DNA of 64,000 nucleotides from Takakia lepidozioides (Eukaryota; Plantae; Bryophyta): NCBI GenBank assembly GCA_030704615.1, contig CM060734.1, positions 15,500,001 to 15,564,000 of the forward strand, read 5' to 3'. Shown piece by piece: positions 35,341 to 47,207 of this stretch (position 1 is its first letter; each line of letters starts with the position of its first letter). The notes under the pieces were generated by a model. It saw only the letters and a program-made list of their open reading frames with translations, ran no database searches and was not told where the DNA came from. The position numbers and the translations under genes were made by a program.

Positions 35341-37699
35341 CATGAAGGAAGGGAAGAAGAAGGAGATGGAGGTCGCGTTCGCCGAGCAGGAGTGACTTGA
35401 AAATCTTGCTAAGTCCTCGGCCCCCTCACTGCGACTTACGGAGCTCACAACCCGAGCTCCATATCAATTGTCCCGCTCACAATTCGACGCGTGTCATTGT
35501 AATTTCAAAATAATGCCATATTGGTTACAATTGATAAAAATGTCCCGGGGGGTCCAACCCGCAGTCGTCAACACGACTACAAATTTCATTAATATAAAAA
35601 ATATGTTTTTTTCCGATTTTTGGAAATCAGCCTATAAATCAGCGTGAAACCCGGAGTTCACTTCTGCGATTTGTATACTCCATCCTTTATGCCAGCGTGG
35701 CATAAAAACGACTGCGACGACTGGCAAGTCGTCATTCACAACCACGCGCAGTCGTTTCGGACAGAATCGCAACCGCGAGTTGGGTGTGAAAAGCACCTAT
35801 TCCTTGTAGTGGTGCCACTTCCACCCGATCCTCATCACTCAACTTGGCCGCCCGGAAGTACTGTTCTAGCTCCATGAGCCAAGTATTGAGTGCCTTCCAA
35901 TTTTGGACACCCTCGAAGGTGACGGGTTCCTTAGGCTTCACCTTAAACTTCGCCTTAGTGGAAGTGGCGTTGGCCGCTTTCATCACAACCTTCAATGTCC
36001 TGTCAAACTGCACCAAAAACCCTTCCCGAAAAGCTGCTGGCATTGGAGGCATCTGTTGGCCTGGCGGAGCCTTTGGGAAATCCTCGAGCTCCGATTCCTC
36101 ATATTCCTCCCGATCCCGGATGGCCTCGCTTTCAGAAGCGTAAATTGCCTCTTCCAGTTGCCGCTCCGGTGACGTGTCGCCCCCACCGGGCTCACTAAGA
36201 TCATCGGCCTTTGGGACATTCCGCTTTCATTTGTTCTTGCCTGACCCCATGGCGAGGCCGATCTCAAGGACGATCGCGTACTGAACTCTAGGCTCTGATA
36301 CCAAGTGTCGCGCACCTCACCTTGGCAACTCCCCCCTTAAGTCATAGTTATTTGCTTTGATCTGCGCGCGCCTGACTCCCAAACTGGTCGCCGGCCAACT
36401 CGGAGCTTCGGCTGCTCACCGGGGCATAATGGTCCCCCTTGCTCCTCCACGAGACCCTCGAGCTAATCGGGCCTAGTGGAAATTCCCTTTGGTTGTTGGC
36501 AGTCCAGAATAGCTCCCTATACCTTGGTCACTTTCCGGCTCGCTTGCTTACTCACTAGCTTTTGGTCACCAATGGGCTTGCACCGTTCTTGGGGTTACTA
36601 CTCCCTATACATACTTCTGTAGGTGTCCGCGGGGGTCTCACAAACAGCCAAGTCATTTTCTGGTGAACCACCACCTAGAGCCTCGACTCCCTGTGATGAG
36701 TCGCGGTGAGTCTTGGCCCACCCACCATGGTCCGTTGCCCCAACGGACCGTGGTGAGTCCCAAGACTCCCCACGACTCCCACCACAAGGCCTCAGCAGTC
36801 CTATGCCACCCCCACTACGACTCCCTAAGCTACCACCACCCCTCACGGAGCCCCCCCACCGCAACCTGGTTGGCAGGGCTCCACCTAGTGAGTGCCTCCG
36901 CCTCCTTGAGTGCCTTCAGCACTGAAGGGTGCTTCAACTCCCATACCTATTTACTGCTGCTGCCCCCACCACAAGGGCAGCCCCTCTTGTGTCCCAACCC
37001 CCCGCCCTCAAGGCAAAGGGCCGCGATCCGCGTGGCATAAATTTGATTCGTTCTAGCGATGTTACATCTAGGGTTGACCCTGATAAATTTTCCGAGTTGG
37101 CACCATGGTAAAAACCAATGCCGCATGGCATAAGTTGATTCGTCCTAGCAATCCCACTTGTCCATGTAGGTCGTAATACTAGACAAGATGTGAAAAAGAA
37201 TGTAGTGACACAAAGTGTAATCAGATAAAAAGTTTCAAAAATTTGGTTATAGGGTTGTGGGGGCGTTCAACCGGGACACCACTTTGTCTTCTCTTCATGC
37301 CAAGTCATGCAAGTATCCTCTCGCTCTCTCCCCTCCTTGACGCTTTCCCTCTGAACATGTTGTAGATTGAACGTCAGTTTCTCGTAAGTGACATTTGAAA
37401 CCAATGAAGGGTACATGATAAAGTCACTGTGCTTAAATGATGAGTTGTGTATATATCCAGGGTCACTTTCATCTGCGTCCTCAAGGTGTGTGGCAGGCTT
37501 AAGGCCCTGGAAATGGGCAAAGACACTACAACAGATTGCGGCTTTCATGACTGCCATGGGTGCGCGATTTGTGGCAGAAATGCCATTGCAGTCGTAAAAT
37601 GCCTTTGAAGTCATAACGCAGGTCTGGGGAAGGCGTATATGCGACTGTATGACTCCGGACTCTGCTCAACACAGGTCAAACATGTTTGACCACGAATAT

Positions 37700-37930
37700 T
37701 GGCATGGCGGATACGACTAACGGTCATGGACATGGCTATACTGGAATGACGTGTGCATATTGCTAGACGCACATATGACTTCATGACTCTCACTCTAATG
37801 CATGTTGCCAGATCATCACGTGGCGGATATGACTATCAGTCACGGACATGGCTATACTGGAATGACGTGTGCATATTGCTAGACGCACATATGACTTCAT
37901 GACTCTCACTCTAATGCATGTTGTCAGATC
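37700..37930. repeat. Tandem duplication, 2 x ~120 bp
   Basis: GGACATGGCTATACTGGAATGACGTGTGCATATTGCTAGACGC occurs at ~37727 and ~37844. Confidence 0.85.
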
Positions 37931-38107
37931 ATCACATGGATGAATCACTACATGACTGCACGTGTTGACACATGCTTTTCTGGTTATATATGTAATATAT
38001 GAGTATTTATATTTTGAAAAAACCGAGACTCTGACCACTAGATTGAATTTTTTTTTAAAAACCAAAAAAAGAAGAATCAAAGTGCAAAATATTTGAAAAA
38101 AACACAT

Positions 38108-38300
38108 CGGCTGGTAAATTCACAGTGTGTCGTCCTGGTGGTTCGGGGTTCAAACCCGATGCCCTACCCCGTGTGTGGGATTGTTCGTGACGGTATGTTT
38201 GGGCGTTGATCGTCCTGTAGGTCTCATGGCCCAAATGAAAGGGGGTTAATTTTCCCCCTCCTCGGGCCTGAGGCTTCCTTAAAAAAATAAAAATAAATCA
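38108..38300 (+). mobile_element. Possible tRNA-derived SINE
   Basis: B-box-like GGTTCAAACCC at ~38147 in a T-arm-like stem and an A-rich tail at 38281-38305. A-box and TSD not clear. Confidence 0.35.
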
Positions 38301-38470
38301 AAAAGTTGTTTATAGGGTTTACGAAAAGGTTGAAAAACTTAAAAAGTTGCCCATCACGGTAGCCGTGAACAGATTTAGAGCGAGCGGGACGGAGGGAGAG
38401 GGCTGGGACTTAGAGCGAGCGAGAGGGAGGGAGAGGGCTGGGACTTAGAGTGGGTGAACGGGAGGGAGGG

Positions 38471-38570
38471 CAAACATGCATGGGAGGCCCGCATTTGGAG
38501 CAACCTTTGCATCTGAAGCAAGCAACCCTAGAAACGCTAGGGTATGTGTGCGAGGAGATTTCGGCTGAGA
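38471..38570 (+). pseudogene. Isolated importin beta-1 (KPNB1-like) exon fragment
   Basis: MGGPHLEQPLHLKQATLETLGYVCEEISAE matches the plant importin-beta1 segment H(V/L)KQATLETLGY(L/V)CEE(V/I)S as I recall it. Confidence 0.8.
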
Positions 38571-38714
38571 GCTCGCGTTCTTGGGAGAGTCAGCTTAGCA
38601 GGCCGTGTTTCAATCTCTACCCGCTCACCTGCACCGTGGTGGTTCTCACAGACCAATCCGACATTACCTGACTACAGACACAGGCAGCACACACAAAGGT
38701 CCTCTTGGGTTCAT

Positions 38715-38970
38715 TGTCGCACACCTCACTTCGGTAAGCTCCCCTTCACGTCATAGTTACTCACTTTGATGCGCGCGCCTAACTCCCAAACTGGCCGTCG
38801 GGCCAACTCGGAGCTTCGGCTGCTCACCGGGACATAACGGTCCCCTTTTGCTCCTCCACAAGACCCTCGCTCACTTTGGGTCTAGTGGAAATTCCCTTTG
38901 GTTGTTGGCAGTCCGGAACAGCTCCCCACACCTTGGTCGCTTTCCGGCTCGCACGCTTACTCACTACCTC
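38715..38970 (-). repeat. Partial LTR of the chromovirus family
   Basis: Starts TGTCGCACACCTCACTTCGG and is colinear with the 39692 LTR for ~250 bp. Confidence 0.85.
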
Positions 38971-39099
38971 CGTTCTGTTTTGAGCGGGAGGTTTGAGGGA
39001 GTTCTGGAGGGGCTGAGCAAGTGGCAAGTACACTGGCTGTCATTAGTTGTAGGATGGATGTAAGGGTGCGTTCGGATTCCAGCCATATGGTTTCCGGAT

Positions 39100-39691
39100 T
39101 GTCGCGCACCTCACTTCGGTAAGCTCCCCTTCAAGTCATAGTTACTCGCTTTGATGCGCGTGCCTGACTCCCAACCTGGCCGCCCGGGCCAACTTGGAGC
39201 TTCGGCTGCTCACCGGGACATAACGGTCCCCCTTCGCTTCCCTCTAAACCCTCCACCTATTTGGGACTAGGAGAATTCCCTTTGGTAGATGGCAGTCCGG
39301 AACAGCTCCCCACTCTTTGGTCGCTTTCCGGCTCGTTCGCTTACTCACTAGTTTTTGGTCACCAACGGGCTTGCACCGTTCTCGGGGTTACTACTCCCTA
39401 TATATACTTCTGTAGCTGTCCGCGGGGGTTTCATAACCAGCCATGCCATTTTATGGCGAACCACCACGAAAACCCTCGACTCCCGGTGATGAGTCACGGT
39501 GAGTCTTGGCCCACTCATCACGGCCCCTATGGACCGTGATGAGTCCCAAGGCTCCCCACGCCTCCCACCACGAGGTCTCCGCCCCCATGGTGAGTCCTAT
39601 GCCACCCCCACTAAGTCCCGCTAAGCTACCACCACCCCTTGTGGAGCCACCCCCACCGCAACCCGGTGTGCGGGGCTCCACCTAGTGAGCG
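39100..39691 (-). repeat. Older LTR of the chromovirus family, target of the intact element
   Basis: Colinear with the family LTR up to CCTAGTGAGCG; resumes as CCTCCG at 46666. Confidence 0.9.
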
Positions 39692-41265
39692 TGTCGCACA
39701 CCTCAATTCGGTAAACTCCCCTTCAAGTCATAGTTACTCGCTTTGATGCGCGCGCCTGACTCCCAACCTGGCCGCCGGGCCAACTTGGAGTTTCGGCTGC
39801 TCACCGGGACATAACGGTCCCCTTCCGCTTCCCTCTAAACCCTCCACCTATTTGGGACTAGGAGAATTCCCTTTGGTAGATGGCAGTCCGGAACAGCTCC
39901 CCACTCTTTGGTCGCTTTCCGGCTCGCTCGCTTACTCACTAGTTTTTGGTCACCAACGGGCTTGCACCGTTCTCGGGGTTACTACTCCCTATATATACTT
40001 CTGTAGCTGTCCGCGGGGGTTTCATAACCAGCCATGCCATTTTATGGCGAACCACCACGAAAACCCTCGACTCCCGGTGGTGAGTCGCGGTGAGTCTTGG
40101 CCCACTCACCGCGGCCCCAATGGACCGTGATGAGTCCCAAGACTCCCCACGACTCCCACCTCGAGGTCTCCACCCCATGGTGAGTCCTATGCCACCCCCA
40201 CTAAGTCCCACTAAGCTACCACCACCCCTTGTGGAGCCACCTCACCGCAACCCGGTGTGCGGGGCTCCACCTAGTGAGCGCCTCCGCCTCCTTGAGTGCC
40301 TTGGGCACTCAAGGGTGCTTCAGCCCCCCATACCTATCGCTGCCGCTGCCCCCACCACAGGGGCAGCCCCTCATGTGTCCCGACCCCCTGCCCTCAAGGC
40401 AAAGGGCCGCGACACACACCCCTACCAACAGGGAGTCGATGTCCTCATCGACTTGTCCATTTTGTAGAAACGAACATCCAAGTTGTGGCGTCCCACATCA
40501 AGGAGTTTGTTTCCGTACCATGGCGTCCCATGGCAAAGAACCAAACCCCACACTTGACTCCACTCTCCACTAGCTAGTTCGGCCGACTTCCTCCAAGTCC
40601 CGGCCAAGGGTGGAGCCTCTCCAGCTCCTCCCAGTGCACTCTTCTTGGCCTACTTCAAGGCCAAGGAACGATCCTCCCCGAGGATCGAATCGCCTTACTG
40701 CAACAACATTGCTTGCGATCGCTCATGATGCCGCTTTTGGCATCACCTTGAGCAAGGGTTCACCTGGAACCCTCTTTGACTAGGAAGATAACCTTGAACC
40801 AACCGTGCGCCCCAATCACTACAATTGGGTCCGCCTTGGAATGCTGGCCTGAGGTACGGGAACACGCCGAAGCCGCACTACGACTTCGTCCCGAGGCTAC
40901 ACGATTATAGTACGTGAACGGAAGCACGTAGCTTCCGCGTTAGCCCGCACTACAAGGCAACCCCCTCGGTAGCGCAGTTATAGTACGCGCACGCGCCAGG
41001 TGCGCACTAGCACTTGAACTCCCAAATAAGGCGCAAGTTTCCTTGCCCCTTGGATGGGAGTCACCCGATTTCGGCACTGCGCAAACACACGATTAACCCA
41101 ATTTACCTCTCCCACTTTTGTAAGCTAGCATGCATTCTACACACCAGCCAACCACACCATGCATCACCATTCCAAACACAATAGGACGCACAATATTTGG
41201 AACCCATTTCCTTTATCACAAATTTTTGTACAATACAAGTTTTTGCAATCGGATTCCTGAGCTAG

Positions 41266-44200
41266 CTAAACCGGGCTAAGCATGCATTTCCTCCCCCACG
41301 CTCCAAGGTTGATGTCCCCATCAACGCTTCTTCCGCTTTTGAGGTCGCCCTTCGAACGCTGCAACTGCCTCGGATGCGTTTCCCATTTCTGAGGCACGCA
41401 CCCAAGATGCCTCCAAAGATGATAGCCCTTCCATTTGACGAGATACTCCGTTTCTCGGTTCTTGAACCTCCTCGACTTAAGTATTGCCTCCACCTCGTAC
41501 TCGGGTTCATTTTCATGATCCAACAGCATAGGTGGCGGACGCAACACTTGCTGCCGATTCGGACGTGCTTCATCTTTGAAGTAAGGCTTCAAAAGGGAGA
41601 CATGGAATACTGGGTGCACCTTGCTGTTTGCTGGCAGCTCCAATTCATACACATCCTCATTCATAACCCTCCGAATGCGAAAGGGACCCGCATACGGAGG
41701 TACGAACTTCGGACTCATTTCCGGAGGTAGTCGAAAATTCTTGATGTTCAACCAGACCTCTGTGCCTGCCTCAAACTTCACTTCCCTCCGCTTCCGATTC
41801 GCCTGCCTTTCATACCGTTTCCTAGCTTTGGCAATGTTGTACTTTGCGAGCTTCAACAAACGCTCGCGTTCTTCCAGTACCGCCGCTACTGCCGGTTCCT
41901 CAACGTCCTGGGCGGCCCAACTTGTCGGCACCAGAGGTGCTTTTCCATAGACCAACACAAAAGGGGAAACTCCCGTCGCGGAGTGTTCTGTGTTATTATA
42001 ACAGAACTCTGCCGCGTCTAAGTGTTCCATCCAGTCTGATTGGTCTGCCGACACGTAATTCCGCAAGAATTGCTTCACTACGGAATTCACTCTTTCCGTT
42101 TGGCCGTCCGTCGTAGGTCGGAAGGCGGTGCTCATCTTCAGCCTCGTCCCCATCTTCTTCCAAAGTGCTCTCCAGAATTTACTCGTAAACTTTGGGTCGC
42201 GGTCCGAGACAATATCCTTCGGGACTCCATGATGCTTTAAGACGTGGGCGAAGTAAAGTCGCCCTGTCTTCTGCGCAGTTGCCGTCTCCTTGGTGGGGAT
42301 GAAATGGGCCATTTTACTGAACCTATCTACCACCACCATGATTGCATCGAATCCTTTTGACAGCGGCATAGCAGTCATGAAATCCATCGAGACGCTTTCC
42401 CAAGTCCCCTCTGGAATCGGCAAGGGTTGTAACAGCCCCGCTTGCTTTTTATACTCGCTCCGGTTTTGTTGGCATGTGGTGCATGTCTTTACATACTCCT
42501 CTGCCTCCTCCCTCAGTTTGGGCCAGAAATACTCTTTCTTCAAGAGTGCCGCAGTGCGCTTGGCTCCACCGTGGCCCGCAAGCGGGCTATCATGGCATTC
42601 TCTCAAGAGACTATCCCTGATCCCTCCCTTTGGCACATAGAGACGTTTTTGCTTATACCGGAGCAGTCCGTTTTGCAAGTGGAACTGCGATTTAACCCCC
42701 ATTCTCAAGTTCTGCATCACGCACTTTGCCAGCTCATCCTTCCGGCAAGCCTTCCGGATCTTCCTTTGGAGCGCCGTCTCGCCCTTGTACACCAACAAGA
42801 GCTGCTGCTTTCTACTTAAAGCATCGGCCACCACATTGTCCCGTCCCGGTTTGTACTGGATATCCACGTCGAACACTGCCAAAGTATCTTGCCACCTAAG
42901 TTGTTTTGGGGACAACTTGGGCTGCGTGGCAAAATACTTCACCGTGACATTGTCCGTGAACACCTTCACTGGGTTGGAACCAACATAGTGGCGCCAGAGT
43001 TCAAGGCAATGTACCACCGCCTTCATCTCTTTTTCGTGCGTCGGCCACCGTCGCTCCACTTCATTCAGTTTCTTACTTTCGTAAGCCACTGGACGTCCAT
43101 CTTGCATAAGTACACCCCCAATTGCGAAGTCCGATGCATCTGTATGAATCTCAAACGGACGATCGAACTCCGGGATTTTTAAGACTGGAGCTTCCGTCAT
43201 CCGCTGCTTCAATTCAGCAAAAGCTTGGCCACAAAATGTGTTCCATACCCAGACTTTGGATTTACACAGAAGGTCCGACAGCGGCCCCGCGATCTTGGCG
43301 AAATTTCTCACATACTTCCGGTAATAGGAGGCGAGTCCTAGGAAGGATCGCACTCCCGGGACCGAAGTCGGAGGCTCCCAGTCCAAGATCGCCCTCACCT
43401 TTCTGTCATCCATTTTGATCCCATCCTGTGTAATCACGTGCCCCAAGAACTCCACTTTTGTGACCCCGAATTCGCACTTTGAAGCTTTGGCATACAGCTT
43501 CCCTTCTCGCAATTTTTGGAACACCCTTTTGAGGTGCTCCAGGTGCTCCTCCTTTGTTTTCGAGTACACCAAGATGTCGTCGATGTACACGATCACAAAG
43601 TCATCCAACCACTCCTGGAAAAGGCTGTTCATCAGCGTGCTAAATGTCGCTGGTGCATTGGTGAGCCCAAAAGGCATCACCAAGAACTCATATGAACCAT
43701 ACCTTGTCCTGCACGCGGTCTTCTCCTCATCTCCTTCCGCCACCCGAATTTGGTGATAGCCGGAGCGCAAGTCGATCCGGCTGAAATACTTCGCTCCTGC
43801 CAACCGATCGAAGAGGTCGTCGATCCTTGGCAAAGGGTACCGGTTTTTGATAGTCACCTTATTCAGAGCCCTGTAATCGACACACATCCGCAGCGTCCCA
43901 TCCTTCTTGTCTGCAAATAGCACCGGGGCTCCGTAAGGTGACTTACTCGGCCGGATGTACCCCTTTGACATTAGATCTTTGAGCTGAGTCTTCAGCTCGA
44001 CCAACTCTTTGTGGCTCAACCGGTAGGGCGCCTTGGCAGGCGGTTCCGATCCCGGTATCACCTCAATTTTGTGGTCAACTCCTCTTCGCGGTGGCAAGCC
44101 GCTTGGTAAATCCTCCGGCATCACATCCTGGTATTTCTCCAAAATCCCCTTGATCCAATCTGGGCTCGGCTCCCCATCGCCTTCTCCTTTCACTTCTCTA

Positions 44201-45882
44201 ATGTAAAGCAAAAACTGGGACTCGTGTGTCTCCTCCACGGCCCACTCCTTTGCTGATAGAAGGTTTATTCGCCCTCCCACGGATTTGGGCGTTTCCGACA
44301 CTCGTAAAACCTCGCCACCATTCCCACATGGCAGCGTGACTACTCTCTTGCGGCCATCTATGACCGCTCCGGATTTGCTCAAAAAGGTCATTCCCAAAAT
44401 GAGATCCACTCCATCGATCTCGCAGATAGTGAAGTTCTCACGTCCCTCCCAACTCCCCAGTTGAAGAGGAACATCAAACGCCAACCTTGTCGCCAACTGA
44501 GGTTCTCCTTTGGCAGAGCGCACCTCAATAGAGGCCCCCACGTCACTTGTCGGGAGTCCCAACTTTCGCGCCGCCGCCGGCGTCATGAAGGAGTGCGACG
44601 CTCCTGTGTCCACCAACAACGACACATTAGTTCCGGATATTATCCCATCCACGAACAATAACTGACTCCCTTTTCGTAAGGCGCCAGTTTCCTGATACAA
44701 CTCACAAGAAAATTTGCCTACCTTGCAAGTCCTGGCGACCACCGCTTCCACCAAGCGACTGATGGTATCTTCCGACAGCTCCGTGGTCGCCCGAGTCATG
44801 TTCAATTGCCGGGGCTTCGTGCACTTCTTGGCCATGTGCCCGGGCTCCCCGCAATTGAAACACACTCCATCAAAGGTCGCTTTCTGTCCGCCATAAGTCG
44901 CTCCACCCGCTTTTCCTTTCGAAGCACCGGGTGCCGCCTTGACGTGTGAAGGACCTCCCTTCGATTTCCACGTGCCATTTTCGCCGCGTGGCCTATCCCA
45001 CTTCTTTTCCGGTCGGGAGGAGTCACCTTCCCGCCGGGTCTTCTTGTGGTTCAGCTCCGTACGGCCTTGTCTCTCACCCCTAGGGACATCCGAGAAACAT
45101 TCAGCTCTCTCAATTGCCTCGTTCAAAGTCTTGGGTGGCTTCTCCTCCAACTTCCGCCTAGCCCATGGGGCCAGTCCCGCCACAAAGTTGAAGACCATTT
45201 CTGGTTCTGCCATGTCCGCGACTTCGAGCAACAGCACATTGAAAGCCTGGACATACCCCCGAATGTCATCTGTTTGCTTCAAATTCCTCATCTTGTCCCG
45301 GGCAAGCCAGGATGCGTTGAGGGGCAGAAACTGTCTCTTCATCAATTCCTTGAACTCACTCCAGTTCAAGGTTTCCGGGCTTGGGCCTCGGTCGTGAAGG
45401 CGTTTCTGCCACCATTGTTGAGCATAGCCCCTCAAATAGGTGGGAGCCACTTCCACCCGATCCTCGTCACTCAACTTGGCCGCCCGGAAGTACTGCTCTA
45501 GCTCCAGGAGCCAGGTGTTGAGTGCCTTCCGGTTTCGAACGCCCTCGAAGGTGCCGGGTTCCTTAGGCTTCACCTTAAACTTTGCCTTGGTGGAAGTGGC
45601 ATTAGCCGCCTTCAACACGTCTTTCAACGTCCCGCCAAACTGCGCCAACAACCCTTCCCAAAAGGCTGCCGGCATGGGAGGCATCTCTTGGTTTGTCGGA
45701 GCTCTCAAAGATTCCTCGGGCTCCGACTCCTCGGATTCCTCCCGCTCCTGAGCGGCCTCGTTTTCGGAAACATTAATCGCTTCCTCAAACGGCCGCCTCG
45801 GTGACACGTCGCCCCCATCGGGCTCACCGGGGTCATCATCTTTTGGGCCGTTCCGCTTTCGCTTCGGCTTGCCCGACCCCAT
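41266..45882 (-). CDS. Gag-Pol polyprotein (gag, zinc knuckle, protease, RT, RNase H, integrase, chromodomain)
   Basis: First ATG after the PBS at 45882 (MGSGKPK). [61 protein letters not shown]. Confidence 0.95.
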   Translation of the reverse strand: MGSGKPKRKRNGPKDDDPGEPDGGDVSPRRPFEEAINVSENEAAQEREESEESEPEESLRAPTNQEMPPMPAAFWEGLLAQFGGTLKDVLKAANATSTKAKFKVKPKEPGTFEGVRNRKALNTWLLELEQYFRAAKLSDEDRVEVAPTYLRGYAQQWWQKRLHDRGPSPETLNWSEFKELMKRQFLPLNASWLARDKMRNLKQTDDIRGYVQAFNVLLLEVADMAEPEMVFNFVAGLAPWARRKLEEKPPKTLNEAIERAECFSDVPRGERQGRTELNHKKTRREGDSSRPEKKWDRPRGENGTWKSKGGPSHVKAAPGASKGKAGGATYGGQKATFDGVCFNCGEPGHMAKKCTKPRQLNMTRATTELSEDTISRLVEAVVARTCKVGKFSCELYQETGALRKGSQLLFVDGIISGTNVSLLVDTGASHSFMTPAAARKLGLPTSDVGASIEVRSAKGEPQLATRLAFDVPLQLGSWEGRENFTICEIDGVDLILGMTFLSKSGAVIDGRKRVVTLPCGNGGEVLRVSETPKSVGGRINLLSAKEWAVEETHESQFLLYIREVKGEGDGEPSPDWIKGILEKYQDVMPEDLPSGLPPRRGVDHKIEVIPGSEPPAKAPYRLSHKELVELKTQLKDLMSKGYIRPSKSPYGAPVLFADKKDGTLRMCVDYRALNKVTIKNRYPLPRIDDLFDRLAGAKYFSRIDLRSGYHQIRVAEGDEEKTACRTRYGSYEFLVMPFGLTNAPATFSTLMNSLFQEWLDDFVIVYIDDILVYSKTKEEHLEHLKRVFQKLREGKLYAKASKCEFGVTKVEFLGHVITQDGIKMDDRKVRAILDWEPPTSVPGVRSFLGLASYYRKYVRNFAKIAGPLSDLLCKSKVWVWNTFCGQAFAELKQRMTEAPVLKIPEFDRPFEIHTDASDFAIGGVLMQDGRPVAYESKKLNEVERRWPTHEKEMKAVVHCLELWRHYVGSNPVKVFTDNVTVKYFATQPKLSPKQLRWQDTLAVFDVDIQYKPGRDNVVADALSRKQQLLLVYKGETALQRKIRKACRKDELAKCVMQNLRMGVKSQFHLQNGLLRYKQKRLYVPKGGIRDSLLRECHDSPLAGHGGAKRTAALLKKEYFWPKLREEAEEYVKTCTTCQQNRSEYKKQAGLLQPLPIPEGTWESVSMDFMTAMPLSKGFDAIMVVVDRFSKMAHFIPTKETATAQKTGRLYFAHVLKHHGVPKDIVSDRDPKFTSKFWRALWKKMGTRLKMSTAFRPTTDGQTERVNSVVKQFLRNYVSADQSDWMEHLDAAEFCYNNTEHSATGVSPFVLVYGKAPLVPTSWAAQDVEEPAVAAVLEERERLLKLAKYNIAKARKRYERQANRKRREVKFEAGTEVWLNIKNFRLPPEMSPKFVPPYAGPFRIRRVMNEDVYELELPANSKVHPVFHVSLLKPYFKDEARPNRQQVLRPPPMLLDHENEPEYEVEAILKSRRFKNRETEYLVKWKGYHLWRHLGCVPQKWETHPRQLQRSKGDLKSGRSVDGDINLGAWGRKCMLSPV

Positions 45883-45923
45883 GATGAGGCCAATCCCAAG
45901 GACGATCGCGTACTGAACTCTAA

Positions 45924-45935
45924 GCTCTGATACCA
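45924..45935 (-). promoter_or_regulatory. Primer binding site, tRNA-iMet
   Basis: TGGTATCAGAGC lies 2 nt downstream of the 5' LTR. Confidence 0.95.
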
Positions 45936-47207
45936 AATGTCGCACACCTCAATTCGGTAAACTCCCCTTCAAGTCATAGTTACTCGCTTTGATGCGCGCG
46001 CCTGACTCCCAACCTGGCCGCCGGGCCAACTTGGAGTTTCGGCTGCTCACCGGGACATAACGGTCCCCTTCCGCTTCCCTCTAAACCCTCCACCTATTTG
46101 GGACTAGGAGAATTCCCTTTGGTAGATGGCAGTCCGGAACAGCTCCCCACTCTTTGGTCGCTTTCCGGCTCGCTCGCTTACTCACTAGTTTTTGGTCACC
46201 AACGGGCTTGCACCGTTCTCGGGGTTACTACTCCCTATATATACTTCTGTAGCTGTCCGCGGGGGTTTCATAACCAGCCATGCCATTTTATGGCGAACCA
46301 CCACGAAAACCCTCGACTCCCGGTGGTGAGTCGCGGTGAGTCTTGGCCCACTCACCGCGGCCCCAATGGACCGTGATGAGTCCCAAGACTCCCCACGACT
46401 CCCACCTCGAGGTCTCCACCCCATGGTGAGTCCTATGCCACCCCCACTAAGTCCCACTAAGCTACCACCACCCCTTGTGGAGCCACCTCACCGCAACCCG
46501 GTGTGCGGGGCTCCACCTAGTGAGCGCCTCCGCCTCCTTGAGTGCCTTGGGCACTCAAGGGTGCTTCAGCCCCCCATACCTATCGCTGCCGCTGCCCCCA
46601 CCACAGGGGCAGCCCCTCATGTGTCCCGACCCCCTGCCCTCAAGGCAAAGGGCCGCGACAGAGCGCCTCCGTCAGCCCTACTCCACATTTCTTGCGTTTG
46701 GAGTTCACATCCAACAGCCGAACCTCGTCACCCACCCTGAACTGTGATCCCAACTCCACACAAAAAAGAACACGATGTGAAAACCCATGACATACACACG
46801 ACTACGATACTCAACATTTGCGAGTTAAAGAGAGCCCCAAGGTTGGAAAAAATATAACAGACAAGACAACGGCCTGGACTTACTCCATTTGCAGTCTCCA
46901 GTGGTGGTGAGACCTCTTTTGGGGGGCTACTCGCCGGGTCGACACTCTTGCCCCTCATCTGTACCGGCTTGTCGACAATATCACCTTTGTTTGTCACAAG
47001 TTTCTGTGTCACAGACCAGAGATCAACCAGGAAAGCAATGAGCAAACAGGAATAGTGAATAGAAACAAAATCCAAGTATGAATCAAACAAAAAAACCAAC
47101 ATGAAAAGCTGCAAAGAAAACCTAGCATTAATCAAGCAACCGAGGAGAAGCATCCAGGAAAGCAATGCAATGAATGAACCCACAAAAATGTAGCCTCTGG
47201 AGCACTG

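Larger units (their letters stand above)
27241..35811. mobile_element. Non-autonomous CACTA (EnSpm) element with captured PPR gene cargo (Pack-CACTA), 8571 bp
   Basis: Perfect 13-bp TIRs CACTACAAGGAAT / ATTCCTTGTAGTG, 3-bp TSD GTG, and CGACT/AGTCG subterminal repeats at both ends. No transposase recognised inside. Confidence 0.95.
26150..37028 (-). mobile_element. Truncated chromovirus copy (5' LTR 36306-37028, PBS, gag-protease) split by a CACTA insertion
   Basis: PBS TGGTATCAGAGC (36303-36292). The gag pieces 35812-36250 and 26150-27240 rejoin seamlessly once 27241-35811 and one GTG are removed. CFDCGEPGHMTKKC and LVDTGAS motifs. Confidence 0.93.
39692..46660 (-). mobile_element. Intact Ty3/gypsy chromovirus LTR retrotransposon, 6969 bp
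   Basis: Two 723-bp LTRs (39692-40414, 45938-46660) with TGTCGC..GCGACA ends, 5-bp TSD GAGCG, tRNA-iMet PBS (45935-45924), PPT at 40415-40430, single gag-pol ORF. Confidence 0.98.

Noticed and set aside
32146-35395. Plus-strand repeated ORFs (MHPHFAN..)
   Set aside because: Antisense shadows of the PPR repeats.
39852-40607. Short ORFs repeated at 36.6, 39.2-40.6 and 46.1-46.8 kb as a gene family
   Set aside because: They recur only because they lie in LTR copies.
40570-40670. Relic second chromodomain in the chromovirus 3'UTR (KW..EECT.W.E-like words)
   Set aside because: Needs several frameshifts; too weak to support by eye.
45883-45945. N-terminal 21 codons of the 1559-aa ORF call
   Set aside because: They overlap the LTR and PBS; the first ATG after the PBS (45882) is the more plausible start.
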